A stretch of DNA of 62,383 bases, counting the filler, from Phoronis australis (Eukaryota; Animalia; Phoronida): NCBI GenBank assembly GCA_002633005.1. It is 9 parts of 9 records of this genome, joined end to end, with 100 filler letters (N's around TTAATTAATTAA, not from the genome) between each part and the next. Parts side by side here need not be neighbours in the genome. Positions count along the whole stretch, not along the records: positions 13,619 to 36,180 come from NMRA01000383.1; 8 more parts are not named here. One strand, 5' to 3'. Below are positions 14,183 to 26,601 of the stretch, in pieces. Under the pieces are notes generated by a model. It saw nothing but the letters and a program-made list of their open reading frames with translations. It was not told the origin of the DNA and did not search any database. Position numbers and translations under genes: made by a program. Each line of letters begins with the position of its first letter. The first letter of the stretch is position 1.

Positions 14183-15404
14183 ATTTCAACCCCAGGAGTA
14201 AATTGAAGAGTGGATTTGTCAGTTTTATGATTGGTTAAAGCGAAAAGACACGTGGCAAAAGCCAGATGGACGACGTTTCTATGAAAGGGCTTTAGATAAG
14301 TTAAAATCGTGGTGCATGGAGTCTGACGTAGACGATACATGTACGGGAAGGTCGATGAGGGTGCCCTATCCGTTAGTTAGTGCATGGGTATCATAGTGCG
14401 CTAATATAAAACGAATATAACCACTATTCCAGTTAGCCCGCTCAATATTCACATCTGTTAACCTATTTACGAACGCCATCGCCATAACTTGAAACTAATT
14501 GCTGCAACTACGGTCGTCATCATCAAAGCCGTCCCCACGCGTTCCACAGTCTCCACCAAATACATATATTACAGCCTAGTTCCACGCACAATGGCAGACG
14601 CAGCTGTCCACACCGTTGCAAACGCTCATCACATTAACAAAAATAACCGCTCAGTACTTTGAAAGTATATAAACAAAACATTAGCATGTCCAGCCCCAGA
14701 ATTCAGATAACAATCCATCACTCACGTCCACTCAACGTCATAGACCAACCAGAACCTTAGAAAAAAAAAAACAAATCTACTCAATAGAGGGAATACCTAA
14801 CACATAGTATATCGTCGCACAAAATAATAAAATGAATAAATCTAAACACATTAACCATTCCTGATTTTTATCTATTTCCAGTAATAACACTTACAAACAA
14901 ATATATAAGAAGGAATGCATGATTATATGACACAAAAATGCATATTTGAACACGCACACACACACGCCCCCACGCACACACGCACGCCCTAATTAAAAAA
15001 ACGAGTCAAATAAGACCATCTTCCGCTGAATCTTTCATATTCAGCCTTCGAAATAAAGAATTTTTTAAATTGAAGGTACTGCAGCATGTCCTAAAAATTT
15101 TATTTAAAGGGAGGCTTTTGTTAGAAGGGGCCTGTATTGGAAGGGGCTTCTATTAGAGGGGTCTCTCTAAGAGACCCGGCTTTTACTAATTTCAGCGCAC
15201 CTTTACCGCTGGCTTGTATTAAAGGGAAGATAATATTAAAAGCTTTATTACGTATCTGACTTGTGTAACTCGTCGAAGAAAACATCTTTTGACAGACTTA
15301 AGTCAATTTTGGGATTTTGAAAATAATTATTAACTTATAGCAGATCTGAACGTTTTTGTCATCTTGCAATCCCAATAACTAAAGGAGGGTTATATTTCCG
15401 GCAT

Positions 15405-16505
15405 TTTTTCATGTACAAATTAGCTAAGACTGGTGATAGTGGTGAACCCATTGCCATTCCTTGTGTCTGCTCGTAGAATTTGTCTTGGTACTGAAAGAAG
15501 GTGGTATTGACACAGAATGTCTCAAATTCCAGAATGGAACCTCCCAATAGGTTCCATTATATGGAGTGGTTCGAACAAACTGAGCTCTCAGCTCAGCTAA
15601 CAGACCCCGGATGATATGGAAACGATGCATTGATGACACGTTCACAATATTCAGCCAAGACTCAGACAATCCATCAGAGTTCCTTGACCATCTAAACAGC
15701 ATAGCGCCTACAGTTAGATTTGCAGCGGAAGAAGATACAGATAACAAGTCTCCCATCCCTAGACGTACAAGTGACTCGTGTTGAAGGACAGTTAACAACG
15801 TCGGTCTACTATAAGATGACCCACACAGGTTGTTGTTACCTCGACTTTAACTCCAACCACACCAAATGACTCAAGAAGGGTATAATCAAATGCCTAGCAT
15901 CAAGATCAAAAGAAATCTGCAGTGCTACGGCACTCCTAGCAGAATTGACCAAGCTGACGGAACATTCGAAAGAAGTGGTTACCCAAGGGATTTCATCGAG
16001 TCGGCTTTAACACCGCAGAGAAAAGAGAAAGTGGCAAAAGAACGCCCACTGCAGACTATGCGTTACCATATATACCCGGAATAACCGAGAAGCTAGGACG
16101 CATATGTAAAAAAATTAAATTTAGAACAGTATACTGCAGCTCAGACACACTGGGTCGGCGACTGACAAAAGTCAAACCAAGAACAGCCATGGGGACAAGA
16201 AAAATGTCATCTATGAAATCCCATGTGAATGTGGTAAATCCTATATTGGTGAAACATTAAGATCACTGGAGATGAGAATTGATGAACATAAGAGGTGTTG
16301 TAGAGAGGTTAATACCTCGATCATCAGGAGAATCAGAACACATGCGGTTAAAACAACACAATATCCAGTGGAATAACATCCGAATACTTGACAGTGAAAC
16401 AGGGTGGACCAAGACAAAGATCAAGGAAGCCACATGAAAGTACAAGGCAATATCTTCAGTCAACCAAGAAAACAGCCAAGAGACACCTGGCTCAGTCTAC
16501 TTAAG
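15405..16505 (+). mobile_element. Decayed Penelope-like retroelement (RT + GIY-YIG endonuclease) with an inverted 5' segment
   Basis: Minus 15410-15547: NTTFFQYQDKFYEQTQGMAMGSPLSPVLANLYM (RT motif B). Plus from 15558: YMEWFEQ...WKRCIDDTFTIF (YxDD), FLDHLNS, TSVYYKMTHTG, YLDFNS. At 16203-16256: NVIYEIPCECGKSYIGET, then RIDEHKR and IKEA (GIY-YIG). Frameshifts and stops present. Confidence 0.9.
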
Positions 16506-16538
16506 GTTTAAGTATAACAAAAATCCATCTAATTCAAT

Positions 16539-16622
16539 GGTTCCGTGGTGTAGTGCTTATGGTGCTGGACTCAAATATAACTGTAGTTTGAGAAGTCGTG
16601 GTTTCAAATCCTTCCTCGGACA
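16539..16622 (+). mobile_element. tRNA-derived SINE head or tRNA pseudogene
   Basis: A-box-like TGGTGTAGTGC and B-box-like GTTTCAAATCC; ends TCCG...CGGA can pair. The anticodon arm is irregular. Confidence 0.5.
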
Positions 16623-18234
16623 ATATATAATCAAAAAATCACACTATGACGAACGTCATGTGTTTTAGTCTTTGATGAAGCTTTAAATATTCTCCGTTCA
16701 AGTTTATAGAGAGACTTATGATGTCAACTGATGGGTCTGTTTCTGTAATGTCCTACCTACAAGTTTCCCGTTTGTTATTTAAACGTTCTTTGTCAAACCA
16801 AACATTATTTTTAGTTTATTAGTTGACCGCAAATTACACCTCATACCTACCGCTGATCTGCAGTGCTTAATTTTATTCATTTTATTTTGAATTATCTAAG
16901 CCGACCACAACGGTACGTTTTTGGTCAAAATCGAACCACATTTGGCAAAGATGCGCCTACGTATCCATATTAAAACAAGGTACACATTCCGATGGAATTG
17001 TATCATTGCGTGTAAAGTTAATGTTGGTACATTTCGTTCAATTGTCGTGGGCTTTAGAGTGATTTGTTAAATTGTCACAGCAAGACTTTGGTGTGTAAAC
17101 AGCTGTTTCCGGAAAATCTTAGGCCTTACTGCGCATGCACAAATTCGACTTCCCGAATAGTAAAGTAAAGGGATCTTTCAACACTTGTCTTTTTGTTATG
17201 AGACCCCTGATAGTGGAATAGCAAAAACTGTAACCCCAAGCACTGATCACCATACCAAGAAACAAAGCTAGCGGTACAGATACATGTATGCCTGCGCCTC
17301 CCTTCAACACTTTAAAATAGTTCCATTGAAGAACACCACTGTCTGTGACCTACCATACAGATGTTTTCATTTTGGGTCTTAGTTAACAGTTGTGTAAACA
17401 ACCTACCTCAGCGGACTGAGGTCAGACCCTGAGCGAAATGAAAATAGGTTATGATGAATCGTTAACAATTTCAGTACACACGTACACGACACATTGAGGG
17501 TGATTGACATTATAATTATTACAACGCGAAACAGATGAAAGGGTATTGTACTAGATGTAATCCCTATGTGTGGGTAGCATTGCAAGATATACCGGTGTAA
17601 GTGAACAGTCGCGAATATTATGGCATGCGACGGAAGGGATGCGACAAACGCTACGTTCTATATTGGTAAAAACAAAAAGGTTTATTACACGCCTATCATA
17701 ATTTTTGCGAATTATTTTGGTTTAAAACCAAGAAAAATCTCTGTTCGTAGAATTGCTTCTACTCTCTGTCCCATATCACACACACTACTGGTAAGGCCTG
17801 ATTTGCTCATCTCATTATCTACAGTGGTTCATCGCACGCTCAGAATTGACAAAAAAGCATTAACTATTTTAGGCTGTACTCAGCTCATCTGGTCAGAATA
17901 ACTGGTTTCTGCTGTTCACCACAGTTTTATTACAAGCCATTCAACCAAATACACAGATTCGGGTGCAGAGCTGGTTCAGCATATGCACAAATTGCTTTTG
18001 TGTGAGAATCTTGGCACTTTTCGGCGCTTTGGGGGTTTTGTCTATTTAGGAGCGATACGCATATTTGATAGTTTTAGACTTATGTCGCACTTTAACTTGT
18101 CGATGGAAATCAAGATGTGCGTAACACGTCATACATCTACTACTTTTGATCCACCCTGTGTGAGTCCATCAGAAGGTCTTAAAGCTAATTTTTGCCAGCC
18201 TTTTCGCATTTCACTGCAGCTAGTCGCCGCCACA

Positions 18235-21200
18235 ATGCCTGCCGCCGCATTACCCGACACCATCGATTCACTGAAAGACAAGACTCTTCTGTACGTCGGG
18301 TGCCGATTGTTCGTAACCACGGACGACGAATACAATAAATCCGCCTGGGCTAAGTTAAAGTCGATGGGTCTCAAATCGCTGTGCGTGGTACTGCAGAAGT
18401 CAAAGATAAATGCGCGCTGGTGCTCCAAGTTAAAAGCCATGGGAATTATTGACGAGTATAACGTCGATGGTCTCATACATGAGAAAAAGGAAGATCGACA
18501 AGTGAGCGAGGTTGGAAACTCCATCATAGACTGGTTGAAGGAGAAGAATATTGAGGTAAGACAATTAAAGGGCGGAAGAGGGAATGGTTAGAGACGCTAT
18601 ATGATTTGAACGAATGAGAATTTAAGAATATTCGTGCTTCATTGAAGGGCGCGATATGACGGACTCTAAAACCGAGTAAATGTAGTTAAGAAACACACAC
18701 AAGCTATCATGGTTCTGAGGGAAGCATCGAGGGGAACCCGAAGATTGAGATTTTGCGTCCAAAAACCCTGATTGGGATCTCTTGGAAAAAAATTGGCTTT
18801 GCTACTTCGCAATGCCAAACGAACCTTGTCGCTCATGTACGGGAAGTAATACTGAGTTAGAGTTTACTTTGCTGACAGGTTATCTACTAAAGGGAAGTCC
18901 GACGACAACTTCGTTAACAAATTAATAAACTACGCTACGGTAATATTTAAAGCGCCACGATCGTTTTCATGATATATCTTCGAGGGTGCATTTCTCTCAC
19001 CCGAAATATCCCTCGTTGATCGGATCAACCAAGCATCAGGATTAGGTTCCGTTGATCCAAGGATCTCGACCAAAGCAACAGCACGCCGCAAGACCTCGCG
19101 AACAAAGGGCGAGTGCTCGCCGTACCCAACCAAAAAGCGGCCCGATTGAAGTGATTGGTCAGTGGGGTTGGGAAGTTGAATTATGAGTTATAATTCAGTG
19201 TTTCTGTTCCATAAGCGATGTTGTATTGTCTCGAGGTCGTGGCGAGAGTCTAGGGTCAACAAAACATAGCACGGGTCTGCTTAGTTCGTTCTGGACAGGA
19301 AATTTCCTCACAATATCCACTTGAAATCGTAGTATATTGTGTGCCCGCATAAATTCATCTCATTCTCATTCTGTTATGCAACTTGAACATGAAGTTGAAT
19401 AATCGTTACAGTGGGGTTATTTATGATGCTGAGTTAAGCATGATTGCATAAGTTGACCATTAATGAAACTGACAATTTATTTACCCCTTGAATCTCCTTT
19501 ACCTGTGCCATGTTGGCAGGAAGTTTCCTTCGTTGCATTTATGTCCTATTTATTTTCCTTAAATTCAGGACTCAGTATTGGAAAATCTCATTTGTCAAAG
19601 AGGAGCTCATGATCATGATGAAAAGATAGAAAAAATACATCTCTTTATTATGAAAGACACAAGTAGGCTAAAGATTTAGGGAACTTAACCGAGTCCCTAT
19701 TTGGGACTGTCTCATGCAACCCGGCATTGAAGGCCAGGAACAGTTACGTTTTCGTCAACGCTGCCTGCTCTTTCCACTGAACAAATTTGACAACGCCTGA
19801 ACAGTATGAATAGTTTCTATCCTATTTCTAGGTGAACGCATGTTGTTTCAATGGAGACTACATGGGGATGGTTGGCGGGTACGTGGCTGAGAATATGGGA
19901 ATTCCTTGGAACAGTTTTGAAAGTATGACGGCAGCGTTCATGAAGGATGTCACTGAACAATACGTGTTGAAGGATCCCAAGGCTGAGAAGGTAAGGAGAT
20001 CTAGGGGTTTTATAGATAGATAACGGAAGATGGTAGGGAATGAAGGAAACTGAGAGGATACGGGTAGAGAGGGTGGAACGGAGGAGGAGGTATGGAGGCG
20101 TAAATGGAGACAAGAAAGGGAAACAGAAGAGGAACAAGAGAGCGGGAGGACAGGGAGGGTGGCAGAAAAGCACGAACGTGACAGAATGTGAGGAGAGGTA
20201 AGTAGAAAAGGACCGACGGAGGAGAGAAACCAGAACGGAGGATGGGAGTGAAGGGAAAAGGATTGCGAGGGAGAGATACAGGGGTAGGGAGAGAGTGAAT
20301 GGGGGGTAGGAGAAGTTACAACTTTACGGACATTGCATGAAGTCTGCGCAATTCTGGAAATCGCCTTCTTCACACCTAACAAAGCACACTTTCAGATGGC
20401 AAAAGGGGACGGCATCCTAAAAATCTCTAATCTTTGAAGAACGTAAAACGTAATCGTAAAATAGTCGATTCCATATTAAAAGTTATTTTTCTTTTTAGTA
20501 CGGTGTGCCAAGTTATGCCGTCAAGACCAAGAAGGAGTTACTCCACGCTCTGGACAAGATAAGTCTACCAGTTGTGCTGAAGCCCGTCTGCGGTAGCGCC
20601 TCAGTTGGTTGCAAGGTCGTGTATGACCGAAATGAGTGTCTAGATTATTTCTCGCAGGTCACTCACGGATTGAGCAACGGCACAGAAGTGTGCGAGAAGA
20701 TTACGTTCTCTCAATCGGTAATATATTTTGATTTTTTATAATTTAAAATGCTTTCGATCACCTTTGAATTCAATTTAAACATCTGATTCGTAAGTGTTGT
20801 GCGCATGTACGTGATTGTGTCCACATGTAACCATCAGTCTGGCACCAATTTTAATCAGTCACCATACGTTTGATGGGGACATTCGTTCACTACGGAATAA
20901 TATGCTCTCTGTGATGTCACGCTTCATCAAAATGTCGTTTTTTGTGAGATCATACAGCATTCACATGCCATCAGAATGCAAATGATAGTCTGGGCCGCTA
21001 TCTAAGAAATCGGATATGAACCCTCGTCAGACATTTCATTTGCCTTATTATCGCCCGCCCGAATCAGCCAGGAGTTCTGTCTTATTACCATGAGATCTAC
21101 ATTTCAAATAGTTGGTGGCAAGTCTCTGTAAGATTACAGCGACGTTCGTGATTGGCCAGAATGTTTGAATTTTACACAATAATTATATGCATGCCTTCGA

Positions 21201-22009
21201 ATGCATACACCCTTATGTTGATTATGTATCCTACAGGAAGTGAAGGTTATGCTAATTATTCGTTCGTTTTAAATCTCTTAAAAATTCCATTTGTAAACGC
21301 GTTACATTCGTCTGGAATTTAAAGTTGAAAACAGCCTAAATTGGCCTATTCTTCCAGGTGGTAGTTATGGAATTTCTCAGAGGACAGAAGTACACTGTAG
21401 ACGTCGTCATTTCCAAAGGCAAACTGGTTGGTGGTAGTGTAGCCAGGTGACACCTCTGCCGCCGTTCAGAGTCAACTGGTAGAGGCTGCGTATCGGTGCT
21501 GCATGGCTGTTGACTTGCACAACGGAGTCTATGACGTTGACTTGATTCGTGACTCTGTCGATAGTGTCACGCCAAAGTTAATAGAGATTAATCCGCGCCC
21601 TGGTGGCAATTGTTTGATGGAACTGATAAAAACCGTGTATGGTATAGATTTATTTCTTGTTAATCTCTTGCTGTCCTGTGAGGTTGACGTTTCAGAGTTC
21701 GGTATCGCGTTCAAACCCTCCACCAACGTCACGGCCTATCTGCTCTATCTACACCGAGACCGCGAGATTTTGAAGGAGTCCTTCGGCTACATGTTGTCCT
21801 TGGCTAAAGCAGCAAAGATCTCCATGTTTAACCCCGGCTGGCAGACGACAACTGAGATGATATACCATGATTCCAGCAGCGTTCGCGCTACGTGTGTCCT
21901 GATGTCTAAGGACGATGACAGCAAACGTGGAGCTGTGCTGACGATGGCGCGCTTTCTGGTCGATTGCAAATATTTCAAAAGCATGGAAGAAGCATTATCT
22001 CAAATCTAA
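18235..22009 (+). CDS. CARNS1: Carnosine synthase-like single-domain ATP-grasp ligase, 4 coding exons (18235-18555, 19832-19990, 20499-20717, 21358-22009); frame disrupted at ~21442
   Basis: Kozak GCCGCCACAATG. Three phase-0 GT-AG introns join the frames exactly. ATP-grasp motifs LPVVLKPVCGSASVGC, VMEFLRGQKYTVDVV, EAAYRCCMAVDLHNGVYDVDL and KLIEINPRPGG...YGIDL resemble the CARNS1 C-terminal domain. AATAAA at 22215-22220. In exon 4 the frame reaches TGA at 21448-21450 and homology resumes in the +1 frame at 21443. Orthology to CARNS1 is not proven. Confidence 0.8.
20020..20310. repeat. GA-rich low-complexity tract in intron 2 of the ATP-grasp gene
   Basis: Strongly purine-rich run of GAG/GGA/AAG words. 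Confidence 0.85.
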
Positions 22010-22352
22010 ACTAGCAGATTTGAAGGACTTTTTCCCGATTAGGTGCATGTCCACCGACTCAAAACTGCCTCTTTCGTGAAGGCCTACCTAAAACGTTTGT
22101 GAACCCAATACAAAATATCAATGAAAATGTTTATAACTCTTAATTTTGTATTCATGCATGAAACAGGTTCACCAAACTCGCTCTTCAATACCCCCAAAGA
22201 GTTAAACTATAAGAAATAAAGAATTCTCGTTTCGATCGTTGTCCTTCTAGAGGCGCATCAATCTCTGGGCGAATGTATATTGATTGGGTGCTCCGCGACT
22301 CGATATTCCCTCACCAGGGGTTGTTTATGGGATGGGCACGGGTATTTGCTAC

Positions 22353-22365
22353 CGCCCCCTGGTCG
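22353..22365 (-). promoter_or_regulatory. CTCF-like motif just 3' of the ATP-grasp gene (a second match CACCAGATGGCGC lies at 31389-31401, plus)
   Basis: Minus strand reads CGACCAGGGGGCG versus the CTCF core CCACCAGGGGGCGC. Motif match only. Confidence 0.3.
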
Positions 22366-23052
22366 CCAATGTTTCTGCTACTGGTTGCATTTATAACGTA
22401 CGAGAATACATCGTGTATAATCTTATGTTCATGACGCATATTGACAAAAGAACTTAAAAGTGCACTGTAATAAAAACAATGCAGCAGATACCCGGTTCTA
22501 AATCTGACATTTGCCCGAGTTGAGCGCTAAACAAAAACTAATTCTTAGTTATTGTCAACAGACTGAGATCCTGCCAGCGACCTGTGATTGCCTGTTATGT
22601 CAGTGACGTTGCTGGTGGGGCCTCGACTGCTCGTCATCTTTATTGCTGTGGCATACTGTGAAGAGTTAACATCGTATTTAATCATTGTATCAGCCGTTCT
22701 TGTATTGTTTGCACAGCGCTGTAAACGGTTCGTCATGCCTTTTTGTATAGCTCTTGGTTGTTCGAACTCTTCGAAAAAGGTGTCTTCTAAGGGGACGGTC
22801 ATCGCATACCATTCCTGGGTTGCCCAAGCCATGGCCCAAAGCCGTATACTAACAGGTTTGCTCCAATATGGATAAAAATGGACAAATAAAATCTGACTGA
22901 CTCAAAATTAGTGTCATTAAAACTACTCTCATCCCAACTTATTTACTGCTGTTGGAAAAGTTAGCGGTCGTTAATCGCTGGTGATAAAATTGTGATGCGT
23001 TCTCTTGAGTCGATTTATGGTGATTACGTCATATGACCATTATCATTCTTTT

Positions 23053-25473
23053 TTACTCTGCGCGTGTAAGCGCAGAGTACTGTTGTTCCTGGGTTTTCTT
23101 CAATTTTATTCTTATTCTTATTCTTCTTATTCTTCTTATTCTTCTTCCGACCAACTTTGAGACTTAATAACTCCAGATTGGGTGCAGGTACGGTCTTTAA
23201 ATTCAGCATATGAGTTTTGACTGTATATAAATTTTGATTGATTATAAAATCATATTCCACATTGCATCGGAAGAGGTCGTTTGGTGCAAAGGTCATATAA
23301 TTTTGAAAATGCTACTCCTCCTTCAGTTTTTAAGCTATCTTTTTCAAATTCGGTGCACAGGTATAAGTCAACATGACAATTCAAAAAATTACTTTTCTAA
23401 GTAATCGGGTCATCCAATCAGGTGAAATAGGTCAAAGGTCATTAGGTGCAAACTAAAATTTTGAGCTAGACACTTCAAATTGACAGGTCTGATTGCCGCA
23501 GGTAAATCAAATCGGAATCCAAAGTTTCAGGTCATTTAGTGCAAACATGGGGTCATTAGGTGCATTTTTCTTCTGAAAATTTGACCTTTTCAATTAGCAA
23601 GTATTGTGATGTGTCAACCGTTAGACAACTGTGATTCTCAGCGTTAAACACACTTTCCATGGGCTTTCCAAAAATTCTCCTAAGGATGCTTAAAATGCAC
23701 CGGATAGGGTCAATTAGTGCAAAGGTCATGTAACGTTAAAAATGTTATATCTCTTACGTTTTTTTAGAAATTCTTTTCAATTTCAGCACACTGGTGTAAG
23801 TCAACTTCCCAATTGAACAACTACGCAATAGGACTAACCAATCAGAAAAATAGGTCAAAGGTCATTGAGTGCAAAATTAAAATTTTGAGCTAGAGACTTC
23901 AAAATTACATATCTGTTTACTAAATGCGATTGAGTTTGAATTCTAAATTTTTGGGTCATTTGGTGCACCCATGGGGTCATTAGGTACATTTTTCTACTGA
24001 AAATTTGACCAATTCATACATGTTGTATTCTTAAGTGCTTAAAGTAAAACATCTGTGATTTTAAGCACTAACCACACCTTTAATCAAGTTAGCAATTACT
24101 CCCTCATCGGGTCTCATAATGCACCGGAAGAGGTCAATTAGTGGAAAGGTCATCAAAAAATTAATATGTAATTTCTCCTACAATTTTAAAGAATTCCTTT
24201 TCATATTGGTAAACGGGTTGCTGTCAGAAACTTCCCATAATAATTCCAGTAATACGCACGCGCAGAGTCCGTTATTTCTTATTCTTATTCTTCTTCTTAT
24301 TCTTCTTCCGACCAACTTTGAGGGTTAATAACTCCAAATTGGGTGCAGGTACGGTGTTTAAATTCAGCATATGACTTTTGACAGTATATAAATTTTGATT
24401 GGTTATAGAATCATATTCCATATTGCACCGAAAGAGGTCATTTGGTGCAAAGGTCATGTAATTTTCAAAATGCTACTCCTCCTTCAGTTTTAAAGCTATC
24501 TTTTGCAAACTCGGTGCACAGGTACAAGTCAACATGGCAATTTAAAAAATTACTTTTCTAAGTAATCGGGTCATCCAATCAGGTGAAATAGGTCAAAGGT
24601 CATTAGGTGCAAACTAAAATTTTGAGCTAGACACGTCAAATTGACAGGTCTGATTGCCACAGGTAAATCAAATCGGAATCCAAAGTTTCAGGTCATTTAG
24701 TGCAAACATGGGGTCATTAGGTGCATTTTTCTTCTGAAAATTTGACCTTTTCAATCAGCAAGTATTCTGATGTGTCAACCGTTAGACAACTGTGATTCTC
24801 AGCGTTAAACACATTTTCCATGGGCTTTGCAATAATTCTCCTAAAGATGCTTAAAATGCACCGGATAAGGTCAATTAGTGCAAAGGTCATGTAACGTTCA
24901 AAATGTTATATCTCTTACGTTTTTCAAGGAATTCTTTTCAATTTCAGCACACTGGTGTAAGTCAACATGCCAATTGAATACCCTACTTTACTTTGCAATA
25001 GGCCTAACCAATCAGAAAAAATAGGTCAAAGGTCATTGAGTGCAAACTAAAATTTTGAGCTAGAGACTTCAGAATTACGTATCTGTTTACTAAGTGCGAT
25101 TGAGTTTGAATTCTAAATTTTCAGGTCATTTGGTGCACCCATGGGGTCATTAGGTGCATTTTTCTTCTGAAAGTTTGACCACTTCATTCATCTTGTATTC
25201 TGAAGTGCTTAAAGTAAAACATCTGTGATTATTAGCATTAACCACACTTTTAATCGAGTTAACAATTACTCCCTCATCGGGGCTTATAATGCACCGGAAG
25301 AGGTCAATTAGTGGAAAGGTCATCAAAAAATTAATATGTAATTTCTCCTACCATTTTAAAGAATTCCTTTTCATATTGGTAAACGGGTTGCTGTCAGTAA
25401 CTTCCCATAATAATTCCAGTAATACGCACGCGCAGAGTCCGTTATTGTCACGCCGTGACAATAATCTTTCTAG
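23053..25473 (+). mobile_element. HINE/DINE-1-type non-autonomous Helentron, head-to-tail dimer (period 1170 bp)
   Basis: 5' subTIR ACTCTGCGCGTG (23055-23066) forms a hairpin with GCGCAGAGT. Then a (TTCTTA/TTC)n microsatellite and internal AGGTCATTAGGTGCA repeats. 3' subTIR CACGCGCAGAGT (24257 and 25427), terminal palindrome TTATTGTCAC-GCC-GTGACAATAA (25442-25464). Inserted in a T-run without a TSD. Confidence 0.85.
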
Positions 25474-26084
25474 TTATCAACTGTTCTTCGCTGCCCGCAC
25501 AAGGTCGCGTACATTTTACAACAAATTAGCGGAGCTTGTTTCATTTTGTTACAAGTTTTTAGCATTTTAAAGCCAGCAAACCGAACATACCTGGCTGCTT
25601 CGAAGCTGCCATCATCTCCCCCAAATACGTCGCAAAATTTTACGAAATGGCACTTGCGCCTTGTCACAAGCTTGTTGTTTTTGAAACGGACGCCACAATT
25701 TTCTTTGTTACAAAAGGCGGCGAACAATGCAAGAAAATGACGTTAATTTGATTGTTTTCACTTAAACGGCTTCAACGAACAAGGTGATGGTCGGTTGTCT
25801 ACCAGATTTTGCATTCGACCCCGCCGGTCATTTAGCTCAACATGTTGATGTAAGATTTACAACTAGGTGACGAGTATAACTAAGTTAGGCTAACTATACC
25901 CGAGTAGTCAACGGGCTATGTGAAATTTTGGGGGTCTAACGGTGCTCAACACGCAGTGGTGCGATAGTGTTCATGCATCCGTAGTCGGTAACTAACCAAC
26001 CCTTCAAGTTTACAGAGCTGGCAGCTGGCACGCTGGCTGGAGTCTACACTGTCCACAGTCCTAACAGTGTAAAATGTTGATACG

Positions 26085-26601
26085 TATGATGGGCCGTTGG
26101 GGCGAAAGTGTCGCCGGAAAAATACGAGCGTAATTGTGTACATTACGCCGTTGTTTACGCCGTTAATTACGCCGTAAAATTACGAGCGTAATTTAATTCT
26201 TTACGGCGTAAAATTACGCTCGTAATTTAGTTTAAACTCTTAGCCAATGACGTTGGGTTTTACAATCCACGATCGCGCGCGCTCATAAACTTACTTATTT
26301 ACTGACGGTTTTCATGACAACGATAAACTCCAAGCGCTGAATCATGGCGGATCAAATTGCTGCTACCATGTCAGCGATTGTGCAAGAACGAGCTGCCCAG
26401 CAACAGTCGGATATGTTAGGTCATCACTGATTGGTTTAAATTTGGAACGTTCTTAAGGTATTTTACGAGCGTAATTTACGGCGACATTTCCCCATTTAAT
26501 TTACAGGTGTAATTTTACTGCAACACTTTTGCAATTTAACTTACACTCGTAATTACGAGCGTAATTTTACGGCGAAACTTTCCCCTCAACCGCCCACCAT
26601 A
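26085..26601. mobile_element. MITE with TAT...ATA termini and 6-bp TSD (IS3EU-type)
   Basis: TIRs TATGATGGGCCGTTGGGGCGAAAGTGTCGCCG / CGGCGAAACTTTCCCCTCAACCGCCCACCATA. TSD GATACG at 26079-26084 and 26602-26607. Internal AATTACGAGCGTAATT repeats. Absent from Kolobok copy B. Confidence 0.8.

Noticed and set aside
17983-18234. 84-aa N-terminal extension of the ATP-grasp ORF shown in the ORF track
   Set aside because: A strong acceptor (TTTTCGCATTTCACTGCAG, ending 18219) and Kozak ATG at 18235 indicate the upstream part is intron; the peptide has no recognisable features.
19817-20382. Long minus-strand ORFs of 118 and 174 aa
   Set aside because: They are by-products of the GA-rich intronic tract and the antisense of exon 2.
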